Of a DNA stretch of 64,000 nucleotides, positions 34,938 through 45,829 are shown in pieces (position 1 is the stretch's first letter; every line of letters starts with the position of its first letter). The position numbers and the translations under genes were made by a program. Source of the DNA: Terrimicrobiaceae bacterium (GTDB lineage Bacteria; Verrucomicrobiota; Verrucomicrobiia; Chthoniobacterales; Terrimicrobiaceae). Where the stretch lies: NCBI GenBank assembly GCA_044352905.1, contig JBILCY010000001.1, forward strand, positions 263,242 to 327,241. The letters run 5' to 3'. Below the pieces are notes generated by a model. It was given only the letters and a program-made list of their open reading frames with translations, was not told the DNA's origin and did no database searches.

Positions 34938-35626
34938 AATTGGACTCGGGGGTTGAAACGGTAACCCTCGCTCCTGATCGTTTCCACACGCAATGCGTGA
35001 GCGCCGAGTTTCTCGCGAAGTCGGCGGATATGTGTATCCACCGTCCGTGTGTCGGCGTTTGCAGAGTATCCCCAGACATCTCGCAACAAGGTGTCTCGTG
35101 AGAGAATTTTTCCGCAGTTGTTGGCGAGAGCAAGGAAGAGCTTCAATTCCGTCGCAGTGAGTTCGAGTTTTTTGCCGTCAAGTCGCGCTTGTAGCGTGGA
35201 TTTGTCGATGGTAATGCCGTCGAGGTCCAGAGTCGCGCTTTCCTTAACTCCTGCCCGTTGCCTGCGCACCAGTCCCTGCACCCGGAGCACGACTTCCTTA
35301 GGGCTGAATGGCTTGGTCACATAGTCGTCAGCACCAATCTCAAGGCCTTTCACGCGATCACTCACATCGCTGCGAGCGGTAAGCATAAGAATCGGAATGG
35401 ATGCCGTCTCAAGGTCGTTTTTCAAGGCCCGACAAACTTCCAACCCGGTTAAGCCCGGCAGCATGATGTCCAGAATCACGACATCCGGGCGGTTCGCCTG
35501 AATGGATGTGAGGCCACTGTCTCCCGATTTCGCTTCAAGAACTTTGAATCCACCGCGCTTTAAGTGGTAGCGGAGCAAGTCCAGCACATCACTTTCATCT
35601 TCGACCAAAAGCACAGTTGCTTCCAT
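34934..35626 (-). CDS. phoB: OmpR-family response regulator, PhoB-like
   Basis: Receiver domain (VLLVEDESDV...DVVILDIMLPG) plus a winged-helix C-terminus. Internal ATG (MEATVLL) chosen. Start/stop overlap with phoR. Confidence 0.85.
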   Translation of the reverse strand: MEATVLLVEDESDVLDLLRYHLKRGGFKVLEAKSGDSGLTSIQANRPDVVILDIMLPGLTGLEVCRALKNDLETASIPILMLTARSDVSDRVKGLEIGADDYVTKPFSPKEVVLRVQGLVRRQRAGVKESATLDLDGITIDKSTLQARLDGKKLELTATELKLFLALANNCGKILSRDTLLRDVWGYSANADTRTVDTHIRRLREKLGAHALRVETIRSEGYRFNPRVQF

Positions 35627-35903
35627 TGCAGATTCCTTAATGAGACAATTTACCTTGGGCAAGAGATGAAAGGTTACAAAAAAATCGCATTATCTATCAA
35701 TGGGCGAATGCGGTTTTAAGAAAACAACTTCACGAGGCGTGATTGCAAGGCGAATCGAGCTTGGCGAGCAGGTATTCTGAACTAAAATAACAAACGATTG
35801 TAAAATCGGGGATTCTCATTGATGTGCCTCCGGCGGCGTTACTTGACAGGTTGTTGGTTTCCCTTGAAGGTAGCCCGCTTTTATGACCAAGCACCTCCTC
35901 TGA

Positions 35904-38900
35904 ATGAATCTGGTATCCTTATCTCTACGTCGTCCGTTCACGGTTTTGGTTTTGGTCTTGGCCGTGGTGCTTGGTTCTTTTTTGGCGATTCAGCGGATGA
36001 GCCGGGATATTTTTCCCCCGCTTGGTGTTCCGACTATTTATGTCGCGCAGCCATTTGGCGGGATGGATCCGGCGCAAATGGAGGGGTATCTCACGTTCTA
36101 CTACGAATACCACTTCCTCTACATCACTGGCATTGAGCATGTGGAGTCGAAGACCGTTCAGGGTGCTTCGATCATGAAGCTCCAGTTCCACCCTGGCACT
36201 GACATGTCGCAGGCGATGTCGGAGACGGTTTCTTATGTGAACCGCTCTCGCGCTTTCATGCCGCCGGGCACTCCTGGACCATTCATTACGCGATTTGATG
36301 CGGGCAGCGTGCCGGTGGGCTATCTGGTTTTTACCAGCAATGATCCAGACCGCACTGTGGGACAAATCCAAGATGCCGCGCTGAACCAGGTGCGTCCGCT
36401 TTTTGCCACGCTGCCGGGTGTTTCAGCTCCACCTCCTTTTGGTGGGAGCGCCAGAACGATCCTGGTGAATCTTGATCCCGAGCGGATTCGTGCCCTGGGA
36501 CTGTCGCCGGATGAGGTCGTAAAAGCCATGACGGAAGCGAATGTGGTGAGCCCATCCGGCAATGTGCACATCGATGGCAAGTATCCGATGGTTCCCGTCA
36601 ACGCCATTCCCAAAGATGTGAAGGATCTGGAATCCGTGCCAGTCAAAGCCGGGACGAATGGCACGGTCTTTCTACGGGATATCGGCACGGTGCAGGATGC
36701 CTCCGATCTCGTCACTTCGCACGCTCTCGTCAATGGCAGGCGCACGGTTTACATGCCGGTCACCAAGCGCTCCGATGCCTCCACGCTTTCCGTGGTGGAT
36801 TTGGTGAAAAAAAATCTCACGAAATTCCAGAGCGTCCTGCCCGATGATGTGAAGGTCAGCTTTGAATTCGATCAGACGCCGGTCGTGATGCGTTCGATCA
36901 AGGAACTTATAAAGGAAGGCGCTCTGGGAGCCATTCTCACCGGTTTGATGGTTTTGGTGTTCCTGCGCGATTGGCGTTCGGCGTTTGTCGTGGTGATCAA
37001 CATCCCGCTCTCTCTTATGGCCGCATGCCTGGCCCTGTGGCTCAGCGGGCAAAACATCAACCTCATGACTCTTGGCGGACTGGCACTGGCCGTTGGCATT
37101 CTTGTCGACGAAGCCACGGTGGCCGTTGAAAACATCCATGCACATCTTGAGCGCGGTTCGCCGCTTGCAATGGCAGCGTTGCGTGCCACCGAGGAAACCG
37201 CACTGCCGCGGTTCCTGGCGATGCTTTGCATACTCGCGGTTTTTTCCACCGCGTTTTTCATGACTGGTCCGGCTCAGGCTCTTTTCATGCCACTGGCGCT
37301 GGCGGTGGGGTTTTCGATGGCGGCATCGTTTGTCCTCTCCAGCACCCTGGTGCCCATACTGTCGATCTGGTTTTTGCGAGGTCATCCTGACGCATCGATT
37401 GACCGAGTGAGTTTTTTCGAGCGTCTGCGGTCGACCTACCAAAGCGTGCTCACGGCAACGATGCGCCTCCGGATCCCGCTGCTTGCCGCCTATCTCATCT
37501 TCGCGACGGTATTCTTGGCACTCATCGCTCCCCGACTAGGTCTTGAAATCTTTCCGCAATCGGACACCGGTCAATTTGCTTTGCGGCTTCGTGCGCCATC
37601 GGGAACTCATGTCGATGTAACCGAGGGCCAAGCAAAAAAAGCACTGGAACTCATCCAGCGCGAGGCCGGTCCTGATAATGTCGCCCTCACTTTGGGTCTG
37701 GTCGGAGTGCACGCGCCTAATTATCCGGTGAACCTGATCCATCTTTGGAACGGCGGCCCGGAAGAGGCTTGGCTGGCCGTGCAACTCAAGGCTGGTTCAT
37801 CCGTTAGAACCGAGCAGTTGAAGGAAAGGCTGCGTGCTGTTTTTGCCAGCGAGATGCCAGGTATCAAATTTTCGTTCGAGGCTGGAGACATCGTCAATCG
37901 TGTAATGAGTTTTGGCTCGAACACACCGGTCGAAGTCACCGTCAACGGGCCCAGCCTTGCCGCCAACCGGGAGCATGCGGAAAAATTATTATCCGAATTG
38001 CGTGCCATCCCTGCGTTGCGCGATGTGCAGATCGCCCAGACGCTCGATTACCCCACGCTGGAGGTCACAGTGGATCGCGAGCGCGCCGGGATGTTGGGAG
38101 TCAAGATATCGGATGTCACACGCTCGCTTGTCGCTGCGACCACATCGAGCCGTTTTACAACTCCGAATTTCTGGTCCGATCCCAAAAGCGGCGTCAGCTA
38201 CAATCTCCAGATTCAAATTCCCCAAGCCAAGACCACCACAATGGAGGACATCCAAAACACACCGATTTCTTCAAAAAACTCCGAGAGCGCCACGCTCCTT
38301 CGCAACATCGCCACCATCAAGCCCGGCGAGGCTTCCGGGCAGATCGAGCGTTACAACATGGCCCGTGTGGTATCGATCACCGCCAATATTCATGATTCCA
38401 ACCTTGGCACTGTGGCTTCACAGATCGAGGCCGCTATTGAAAAAGCGGGAATCCCTCCAGCGAAGACCACCGTTGTTATTCGTGGACAACTCCCACCGCT
38501 GATCGAGTTGCTTAATGGCTTCCGCAGCGGACTGATTATCGCCGCTGTGACGGTATTTCTCCTGCTGGCTGCAAATTTTCAATCCTTCCAGCTCTCAACA
38601 GTGGTTTTATCGACCTTGCCTGCGGTGCTTGTAGGTGTGGTTTTAATGCTTTGGGTTACCGGAACCACGATCAACATCCAATCCTCCATTGGGGCCATCA
38701 TGGCGATCGGCGTTTCCGTTGCTAATGCCATTCTCCTTGTCACTTTTGCGGAAAACCAGCGGATGAAGGGAGCGAATGCAAGGGACGCCGCCGTGCTGGG
38801 AGCGAGGGGGCGCCTGCGTCCTGTCTTGATGACCAGCTTTGCAATGATGGCCGGGATGCTCCCCATGGCGCTTGGGCTTGGAGAAGCCGGCGATCAGATC

Positions 38901-39080
38901 GCCCCGCTCGGACGTGCTGTCATTGGTGGTCTTGCAGCGTCCACGCTTGCCACGCTTTTTATTCTGCCAGCTATTTTTTGCATCGTGCGTGGTCGTGCGC
39001 ATCGGAATTCCGTTTCTCTCGACGCCACCGATCCCGAAAGTCCCCTCCATCGTTCCTTGTCCCCAAATTCAACCAACTGA
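35904..39080 (+). CDS. Efflux RND transporter permease (AcrB/CzcA family)
   Basis: 1058 aa with a 12-TM RND layout and N-terminus MNLVSLSLRRPFTVLVLVLAVV. Confidence 0.9.
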   Translation: MNLVSLSLRRPFTVLVLVLAVVLGSFLAIQRMSRDIFPPLGVPTIYVAQPFGGMDPAQMEGYLTFYYEYHFLYITGIEHVESKTVQGASIMKLQFHPGTDMSQAMSETVSYVNRSRAFMPPGTPGPFITRFDAGSVPVGYLVFTSNDPDRTVGQIQDAALNQVRPLFATLPGVSAPPPFGGSARTILVNLDPERIRALGLSPDEVVKAMTEANVVSPSGNVHIDGKYPMVPVNAIPKDVKDLESVPVKAGTNGTVFLRDIGTVQDASDLVTSHALVNGRRTVYMPVTKRSDASTLSVVDLVKKNLTKFQSVLPDDVKVSFEFDQTPVVMRSIKELIKEGALGAILTGLMVLVFLRDWRSAFVVVINIPLSLMAACLALWLSGQNINLMTLGGLALAVGILVDEATVAVENIHAHLERGSPLAMAALRATEETALPRFLAMLCILAVFSTAFFMTGPAQALFMPLALAVGFSMAASFVLSSTLVPILSIWFLRGHPDASIDRVSFFERLRSTYQSVLTATMRLRIPLLAAYLIFATVFLALIAPRLGLEIFPQSDTGQFALRLRAPSGTHVDVTEGQAKKALELIQREAGPDNVALTLGLVGVHAPNYPVNLIHLWNGGPEEAWLAVQLKAGSSVRTEQLKERLRAVFASEMPGIKFSFEAGDIVNRVMSFGSNTPVEVTVNGPSLAANREHAEKLLSELRAIPALRDVQIAQTLDYPTLEVTVDRERAGMLGVKISDVTRSLVAATTSSRFTTPNFWSDPKSGVSYNLQIQIPQAKTTTMEDIQNTPISSKNSESATLLRNIATIKPGEASGQIERYNMARVVSITANIHDSNLGTVASQIEAAIEKAGIPPAKTTVVIRGQLPPLIELLNGFRSGLIIAAVTVFLLLAANFQSFQLSTVVLSTLPAVLVGVVLMLWVTGTTINIQSSIGAIMAIGVSVANAILLVTFAENQRMKGANARDAAVLGARGRLRPVLMTSFAMMAGMLPMALGLGEAGDQIAPLGRAVIGGLAASTLATLFILPAIFCIVRGRAHRNSVSLDATDPESPLHRSLSPNSTN

Positions 39081-39091
39081 CACACACCAAC

Positions 39092-40108
39092 ATGCGTTGT
39101 ATCTCTTTAGCTATCGCCGTTGCGGCACCCGCCTTAATGCTTGCGCAAACCCTCCCGCCGGAACTACCCACTGCGACCCCCTCGCGCGGGGCAATAAACC
39201 GATTCGTTACCGCACCAGGCTCGATACTCCCCGAGCAACATGCTGCGATTTTTCCAAAAACGGGCGGTTACATTTCCCAAGTGCTGGTCGATGTCGGCGA
39301 CAAGGTGAAGCAAGGCCAGACACTCGCCGTGATCTCCGCCCCCGAGTTGGAGGCCCAACTTAAAAAAGCCCAAGCCCAGTCGCGTCTTGCCCAAATCGAT
39401 GTGGAGCGTCTCCGTGAAGGCCGCAAAAAATCCCCCGAACTCATTGTCCAGCGCGAACTCGATAAAGCCGAAGCCGCGGCAACTATTAGGGAAGCCGAAG
39501 TGGAAGAGTTGGCGGCCTTGGTTGACTTCGCCACAATCAAAGCGCCCTTTGCTGGCACTGTCACCAAGCGCCGGGTGGATGTCGGCGATTATGCGGTCGG
39601 TGGGGCTTCTCAAAATCAACCTCTCTTCCATCTCATGGATACCTCAAAAGTTCGGCTTGAGACCACTCTGCCGGAAAAAGACGGGGTATTGGCAAGGCCT
39701 GGTCAACCCGTGCGGGTAATGCTGGAGGGCAACCAAGGGAAACCTTTGGAGGCTGTCGTCAGTCGCACCGCTGGAGCCCTGGATCCGGCAACCCGCACGA
39801 TGGCGGTGCAGGCCGATCTCATGAATGCTTCCGATAGCTTCCTGCCGGGAATGTATGCCAAGGTTTCTGTGGGTGTGGAGCGCCATGAGAATGCCCTGCT
39901 CCTTCCCAGGGCGGCTGTGGTTTTCGAAAAAGGAAAGCCTTCCGTTTTCATCCCCGAGGATGGAAAGGCCCGTAAAAAATCCATCCAGACCGGCTTCGAC
40001 GATGGCATGAATGTAGAAATTATCAACGGTCTTGATGAGGGGCAGGCCGTGCTTGTTCCTGGAAAAACGCCGCTCACCGATGGTCAGTTGATTAAAGTCG
40101 CCCAATGA
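39092..40108 (+). CDS. Efflux RND periplasmic adaptor (membrane fusion protein)
   Basis: Signal peptide MRCISLAIAVAAPALMLAQ, then lipoyl / alpha-hairpin / beta-barrel pattern (GYISQVLVDVGDKVKQGQTLAVISAPE). Internal ATG chosen. Confidence 0.85.
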   Translation: MRCISLAIAVAAPALMLAQTLPPELPTATPSRGAINRFVTAPGSILPEQHAAIFPKTGGYISQVLVDVGDKVKQGQTLAVISAPELEAQLKKAQAQSRLAQIDVERLREGRKKSPELIVQRELDKAEAAATIREAEVEELAALVDFATIKAPFAGTVTKRRVDVGDYAVGGASQNQPLFHLMDTSKVRLETTLPEKDGVLARPGQPVRVMLEGNQGKPLEAVVSRTAGALDPATRTMAVQADLMNASDSFLPGMYAKVSVGVERHENALLLPRAAVVFEKGKPSVFIPEDGKARKKSIQTGFDDGMNVEIINGLDEGQAVLVPGKTPLTDGQLIKVAQ

Positions 40109-41457
40109 ACACCCCCCGCCTTTTTAGCGTTTTTATCACGGCTTTAGTTGCAGTAGGCGCCACCAAAGCAGGAGGAGCCGCCGCCGAGGTTCGTCCGATC
40201 ACCCTTACCTCGGCGCTCGCCCTCGCCGGAGCAAACAATCTCGAACTCGCAATTGTTCGTGAGGAACTCGCCGAAGCCCGTGCGAATCACTTGAGTGCCA
40301 TCGAGCAATTTTTCCCGTCAGTCGAGGCTGGGGGAGGGTTCCGTCAGCATGACGGCAATTCACAGACCACCGAAGGCCGGATCATCGATGTCAACAAGCA
40401 GACTTATACGGCTGCCGGCCTGCTTGCTGCCGACATCAAGATCGGAACGGCGATCTACAACGAGCTTTCGAGTCGCCAACTCGTCAAAGCGGCGAAGCAT
40501 CATACCGATGCTCAGAGAAATGATGCCCTCTACCAAGCAGCGGAAGCTTTTTTCCACCTCGCTCGCGCCCGTTCATCGGCAGCGATCGCTGCGGAGGCGG
40601 TTCGCATCGCCAATGACTACCGCGACCAGCTTCAAAATGCCGTCGATGCAGGATTGGCCCGCGAAGGGGAGGCGGAGCGTGCCGAAACACAGGCCCGCCG
40701 AGGACAGATTCTTTTTGAGAAAGCCAAACTCGATCAGCGCATCGCCGCTGCGCGATTGGCCACTATTTTGAATATTGATCCCTCCATCGAGCTGGAAGCC
40801 GACATCCAGAGTCTTGTCCCTATTTATCTCATCGATCCCAAAGCCAGTGTGGGTGGGCTTGTCTCACAAGCTCTGGCAAGTCGTCCCGAGTTGCTCCGAT
40901 CCGAATTGCAGCGCGACGCGGCACGCACCAAACGCGATGCTGCCATCTATGCCCCAATCGTTCCTGCTCTCGGCGCAGAGACATCCTGGGGTGGCCTGGG
41001 CGGAGGGGATGGAAATTCGGGTCCGGCTAATTTTAATAACGCGAGCGACTATTATGTTGGTCTCTCATGGAAAATTGGGCCCGGTGGATTGTTCGATCCC
41101 GCCGCAATCCAATCTGGCAATGCGCGGTTCCGTAAAGCCGGGCACGAGTATGCAAACCGCCGCAACCAAATTGTCGAGGATGTCGTGAGTGCTTTTGCCC
41201 GCACAGATTCCCTTGCGCGCCAACTCCGCTTTGCCGCTCTCGCGGTGGAGTCTTCCCGCAAGAGCCTGAACCTTGCCGACCAGCGGCGTGAATTTGAGAT
41301 CGCGGAAATCCTGGAAAATATGGACGCCCAACGCGACCTCACTGTTGCCCGTCTCGACCACGCCGCCGCAATTGCGGAGCATAACATTGCCCAGTTCTCA
41401 CTCCTTCGCGCGATCGGGAAAATTCCCGATCAGGCGACGATGAGGGCCGTGAAATAG
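40105..41457 (+). CDS. TolC-family outer membrane efflux protein
   Basis: Signal peptide and two OEP repeats. ATGA overlap with the adaptor gene. Confidence 0.85.
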   Translation: MNTPRLFSVFITALVAVGATKAGGAAAEVRPITLTSALALAGANNLELAIVREELAEARANHLSAIEQFFPSVEAGGGFRQHDGNSQTTEGRIIDVNKQTYTAAGLLAADIKIGTAIYNELSSRQLVKAAKHHTDAQRNDALYQAAEAFFHLARARSSAAIAAEAVRIANDYRDQLQNAVDAGLAREGEAERAETQARRGQILFEKAKLDQRIAAARLATILNIDPSIELEADIQSLVPIYLIDPKASVGGLVSQALASRPELLRSELQRDAARTKRDAAIYAPIVPALGAETSWGGLGGGDGNSGPANFNNASDYYVGLSWKIGPGGLFDPAAIQSGNARFRKAGHEYANRRNQIVEDVVSAFARTDSLARQLRFAALAVESSRKSLNLADQRREFEIAEILENMDAQRDLTVARLDHAAAIAEHNIAQFSLLRAIGKIPDQATMRAVK

Positions 41458-41628
41458 CCTGCCAGCTGATTTTATTCGCTTTTATCAACTGTAGGTGGGG
41501 TGCTTCGCAGGCACAAAAAATTTCCTATCTTCATCAGCGTGACGAGCTGTGCTGGACTTGTAACAATCGGTCCGGGGCGTTTTTTGAGTCGCTTTAAAAA
41601 CACCGTCATTTTATTGAAAAAACAACCC

Positions 41629-43125
41629 ATGATAAAACGTCTCTTAAAAACATCTCTACTTTGCTGTGTTGGCTTTTCCATTGGACATGCTAGCGCCCTA
41701 ACAAACTCGGGTTTAAAGCCCGTGCCAGCACAAGGACCCATCGAGCCAAGCTCCGGCCAAATTCTTTCCGGCACGACTGGAACGGCATCGGGAAGCCGTT
41801 CGACACCTGTCGAAACAAAGGATGAAAGCCACACGGAAAAGTGGTGGAATGGCAAAGGCCTTCTCCAAGGTAGCGGCAATCCTCTTTTCGATGGCCGCAA
41901 AACCCTTGAAGAACACGGCCTGAAGTTTAACGGAAGCTACCAGGGCGCCTTCTTCGGTGTTGTCGCCAGCGAGAAGGGCTCCCGTGGCTTCTGGAACCAG
42001 CAAATCAATTTTGGTTCCGAGCTGAATTTTGGAAAGCTCCTTAATATCGAGGCGCTCGAAGGCACAACGGCTTTCGGAAACTTCCGCTACCGCGATCCGT
42101 ATCCGGAATCCAATCCGAATGAATATGTCGAAGCGAACTCCATGTTCAACCCATCGAACTGGCAGTCCGGCACCCAATTCCGCGTGACCAGCTTTGGTCT
42201 CCAGATTGGCACCGAGAATCTTCTCCCCATCGAAGACATGGTGACCCTGCGCGCTGGCTGGCTTCAGCCACAGCGTGAGTTCATCGACCAGCCTCTCTCG
42301 AAGCTGTTTTTGAACAATGCGGTGAATAGCGCCAAGGGCGTAGGCGGCAATATCCCCTTTGGCTCCAGCGTCTCGACATGGGGTGGCACGCTCAATGTGC
42401 AATTGCACGATTCCATTTACTTGAAAAACGGTCTCTTTATGTCCATGCCTGAGATCAGCTCCTCGACGAACCATGGTCTGGCTTATCGTGGATTCGCTCC
42501 AGACACGGACTTGAACGGTCTCTTCTACATGGGTGAACTCGGCTACACGCCAAAAATTGGTGAATCCAAACTCGAGGGCAAATATGCGTTCGGCGGCTAT
42601 TATTATGGCACCCCGGAGGGACAGACCCGCACTTGGAGCAATAATTATGTCGATGGTCGCTACGGCTTTTATTTCCAAGCCGATCAAATGCTCTATCGCG
42701 AGCCATCGGCCCCGGCCAAGTCAACCAGTGCCTCCGATGGCAAGAGCTTTAAGGAAGTTGTGAGCAGTGAGAAGCCAAAGCTCTCGAAACAGGGGCTCAG
42801 CAGCTTCAACCTCATTACGATGGCTCCCGGCTACGCCCGGTCAAACAACTATCCCTTCTACTTCCAGACCGGCCTGGTCTACACGGGCCTCATCCCATCG
42901 CGTGACAAGGATATCACCATGCTCTCGCTGGGCTATGGAGCCTACCAAGGCGATGTCTACAATCCTTCCCGCTCCTACACCGCAGTTCTGGAGGGTGGTT
43001 ACCGTTTCCAAATCAATGGCTGGTCGTATGTGCAACCGTTCTTCCAATACTTCTCGCGTCCAAATGGCACCGAGGAGGTGGCAAACGCGGCTATCCTCGG
43101 TTTCCTAACTGGGCTGGTCTTTTAA
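41629..43125 (+). CDS. OprB-family carbohydrate-selective porin-like outer membrane protein
   Basis: Signal peptide MIKRLLKTSLLCCVGFSIGHASA. WWNGKGLLQGSGNPLFDGRKTLEEHGLKFNGSYQG is the OprB-type N-terminal motif. Beta-strand-rich with a C-terminal aromatic residue (F). Confidence 0.7.
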   Translation: MIKRLLKTSLLCCVGFSIGHASALTNSGLKPVPAQGPIEPSSGQILSGTTGTASGSRSTPVETKDESHTEKWWNGKGLLQGSGNPLFDGRKTLEEHGLKFNGSYQGAFFGVVASEKGSRGFWNQQINFGSELNFGKLLNIEALEGTTAFGNFRYRDPYPESNPNEYVEANSMFNPSNWQSGTQFRVTSFGLQIGTENLLPIEDMVTLRAGWLQPQREFIDQPLSKLFLNNAVNSAKGVGGNIPFGSSVSTWGGTLNVQLHDSIYLKNGLFMSMPEISSSTNHGLAYRGFAPDTDLNGLFYMGELGYTPKIGESKLEGKYAFGGYYYGTPEGQTRTWSNNYVDGRYGFYFQADQMLYREPSAPAKSTSASDGKSFKEVVSSEKPKLSKQGLSSFNLITMAPGYARSNNYPFYFQTGLVYTGLIPSRDKDITMLSLGYGAYQGDVYNPSRSYTAVLEGGYRFQINGWSYVQPFFQYFSRPNGTEEVANAAILGFLTGLVF

Positions 43126-43177
43126 AAAACTTACCGCGTCGTGTTGAGAGACGCGGTCGAAGTGTTACTGTGAGGTC

Positions 43178-43215
43178 AAAACCGGTGCCGGGTTAAAATC
43201 TGGCACCGGTTTTTT
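43178..43215 (+). terminator. Rho-independent terminator after the porin gene (symmetrical, potentially bidirectional)
   Basis: AAAACCGGTGCC-(12 nt loop)-GGCACCGGTTTT followed by further T residues. Confidence 0.8.
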
Positions 43216-43251
43216 CGTTGTTACGAAAGCGTTTCAATACAAGCGTTCCTG

Positions 43252-44055
43252 ATGAGCTGTCAGCGAGCGATTCTTGAGCTTGCGATGACGAAAAATTACC
43301 GCACCTGCTGGATATCCGATGTTCATCTGGGAACGCGTGGGAGCCAGGCAGGTGCTTTGCTTGATTTTCTGAAGGATGCTGAGTTTGAAAAACTTTATCT
43401 GGTAGGCGACCTGATCGACATCTGGTCGCTTCGACGTGGCATCTACTGGCCGCAGGAGCACAACGATGTCATCCAAAAACTCCTCCGCAAAGGGCGCAAG
43501 GGGACGGAGATTATTTACATCATTGGCAACCATGACGAATTCCTTGCCTCGTTTTTTGGGAATTACGCGAGTGTCACACTCCAAAAAAACGCGATTCACC
43601 ATACAGCCGACGGTCGCCGTTTACTCATCATGCATGGGCACGAACTCGACAACGTCGTGCAGAATCTCGGTTGGCTCGCCCATGTCGGAGATGTCGGCTA
43701 CGTGCTGCTCATGCGTTGCAATGGCTTGGTGAATTTAATCCGACGCCTTTTTGGTTATGGACACTGGTCGCTCAGTGCCTACGTGAAAGCAGAGGTGAAG
43801 AATGTGGTGAAATTCATCGGTGGCTTCGAGGAGTCGATCGTGAGGTATGCTCGCGATCATGGGGTGGATGGGGTTCTATGCGGCCACATCCACACGGCTG
43901 CCCATCGGGAAATCGATGGCGTGATGTATTACAACTGTGGCGACTGGGTGGAAAGTTGCACCGCCATCGTGGAGCACCATGATGGCCAAATGGAAATTTT
44001 AAGGCTTGGAAGTTCCGTGACCAGGCACATGCCCGAGGAAGCCCTGGCAGCTTGA
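43252..44055 (+). CDS. Metallophosphoesterase of the LpxH / UDP-2,3-diacylglucosamine diphosphatase-like family
   Basis: WISDVHLG, YLVGDLIDIW, IIGNHDE, MHGHE and CGHIH metallophosphatase motifs. The start may be the ATG at 43285. Confidence 0.65.
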   Translation: MSCQRAILELAMTKNYRTCWISDVHLGTRGSQAGALLDFLKDAEFEKLYLVGDLIDIWSLRRGIYWPQEHNDVIQKLLRKGRKGTEIIYIIGNHDEFLASFFGNYASVTLQKNAIHHTADGRRLLIMHGHELDNVVQNLGWLAHVGDVGYVLLMRCNGLVNLIRRLFGYGHWSLSAYVKAEVKNVVKFIGGFEESIVRYARDHGVDGVLCGHIHTAAHREIDGVMYYNCGDWVESCTAIVEHHDGQMEILRLGSSVTRHMPEEALAA

Positions 44056-44070
44056 TGGCTTAGAGGGTAA

Positions 44071-45780
44071 CTAAGGAGTGGATTGTCCAGACATTGCTCG
44101 ATCCAGCAAAGCGGTGGCGAGGGGCTGGGTGGCAGCATCAAGTTCCTGGAGGAGTTTTTTTAGCTCCGATGTTGCATGATTCTCGAGGGCCTCGCGGGTT
44201 TTTGCTGCCAAAAGCATGATAGTGGCCTGAAGGTCGGCGGACACCGCATTGCCCAACTGGCTTAGTGCCGAGTCGATGGCTGGAAGCATTTCTTCGGCTT
44301 TGAGTCGGGCTTCGGTGAAGATGCGTTCGTTCATGTCTTCCATGGCATGCTCGAGCGAGTCGCCGAGCATTTTTTCCACCGCTTCGTCGGAGACCTCGAT
44401 GGCGCTTTGAATGTCCAGCACCGTGTCGATGCCAGTGGCCGTGTCTCGGGCCAGCACACGCAGAATCCCATTGGCATCCAGCTCGAACTGCACCCCCACA
44501 CGAGCTTTTCCCTTGGGGGCTGGAGAAAAGGCGATGTCCATTTTGCCTAGTTGCCAGTTGTCGCGGGCCATTTCACGTTCGCCTTGCAGCACCGCGATGC
44601 TCATCGAGGATTGGTTGGCAACCGCATTGGTGAACATCTCGCCGGCTTTGCAGGGAATGGTCGTATTTCGGGGGATGATGACATTCATCAGTCCTCCAAA
44701 CGTTTCGATACCCAGCGAAAGAGGGGTCACGTCGAGCAAGGTGAGGTGACGCAAGCCGCCCTCGAGGATGCCTGCTTGAATTGTGGCACCAAGCGCAACG
44801 GCTTCGTCGGGATGCTGGCTTACATCGGGTTCACGTCCGAACATCTCTGCAACAAACTCGCGCACCAATGGCATGCGGGTGGCACCGCCGACCAGCACGA
44901 CGGCGTTCAAGTCGGAGGCATCCAATCCAGCATCTGCAAGGGATCGGCGGCAGTGGGCGCGGGTTTTTTCGATAACCGGACGACATACGGCCGCAAGCTC
45001 CGAGCGCAGGAAGGTGCGGCCTCCAAACTCGCACTGTTCCTCATCGCTCAAGCGCCGTTTCAGCATTTCCGCCTCGCTGATGGAGATGGCCCAATGTGCA
45101 GCAAGAGTAGCATCCAGATCATCTCCCCCGAGGCGCGTATCGCCATTGGTGGCCAGCACCTCGAAAACGCCATTGTTCAACTCCAACACGGAAACATCGA
45201 ACGTCCCTCCGCCCAGATCATACACGGCTACGCGGGCTTTTTCACCGAGTCGCTCAAGCCCGTAGGCCAGTGCCGCCGCAGTGGGTTCACTTAATACCCT
45301 CTCCACCGTGAAGCCCGCCAGTTCTCCGGCGCGTTTCGTAGCCGCTCTCTGGGCATCGTTGAAATACGCAGGCACGGTAATCACCGCCCGATCCACATCA
45401 CAACCGCATGAGCGCTCAAGATCCGCTTTTAATTTCGAAAGGATCATTGCCGAAATTTCTTCCGGAAGCATCTCCCTGCCATTAATTGCAACGCGCAGGA
45501 AGCCATCAGCGCCGGTAACCAAGGGGTATGTCGGCGGGGGGACGATCTTTTCGCCTGCACGTCGCCCCATAAGCCTCTTGACCGAAGTCACCACACGATC
45601 CGGAAAAGCGGATTTCTTCTCCAATGCTTCCCAGCCGATCACCGGATTCCCATCTGCGGAAAACCAAACAGCCGATGGAGTCAAGCGACGTCCATAGGCA
45701 TCGGCTATCAACACAGGAAATCCGCTTTCCATCACTCCGGCGAGGGAGTGGGTGGTTCCTAGATCAATCCCTGCGATCAT
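44071..45780 (-). CDS. Hsp70-family chaperone (HscA/DnaK-like)
   Basis: MIAGIDLGTTHS, ITVPAYFNDAQR, DLGGGTFDVS, VLVGGATRMP. Confidence 0.85.
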   Translation of the reverse strand: MIAGIDLGTTHSLAGVMESGFPVLIADAYGRRLTPSAVWFSADGNPVIGWEALEKKSAFPDRVVTSVKRLMGRRAGEKIVPPPTYPLVTGADGFLRVAINGREMLPEEISAMILSKLKADLERSCGCDVDRAVITVPAYFNDAQRAATKRAGELAGFTVERVLSEPTAAALAYGLERLGEKARVAVYDLGGGTFDVSVLELNNGVFEVLATNGDTRLGGDDLDATLAAHWAISISEAEMLKRRLSDEEQCEFGGRTFLRSELAAVCRPVIEKTRAHCRRSLADAGLDASDLNAVVLVGGATRMPLVREFVAEMFGREPDVSQHPDEAVALGATIQAGILEGGLRHLTLLDVTPLSLGIETFGGLMNVIIPRNTTIPCKAGEMFTNAVANQSSMSIAVLQGEREMARDNWQLGKMDIAFSPAPKGKARVGVQFELDANGILRVLARDTATGIDTVLDIQSAIEVSDEAVEKMLGDSLEHAMEDMNERIFTEARLKAEEMLPAIDSALSQLGNAVSADLQATIMLLAAKTREALENHATSELKKLLQELDAATQPLATALLDRAMSGQSTP

Positions 45781-45829
45781 GGGTGAGTATCTTTGAAAGA
45801 TTTGCCAGCACCCTCATCATGCCACATGG

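Noticed and set aside
33488-35903. Pho boxes upstream of pstS, and in the phoB / RND divergent region.
   Set aside because: I could not find a convincing pair of phased direct repeats by eye, and the PhoB consensus for this phylum is unknown to me.
35904-41457. The gene order permease-adaptor-OMF (rather than adaptor-permease) in the RND efflux set.
   Set aside because: Order variants of tripartite efflux operons are common, and all three proteins look canonical.
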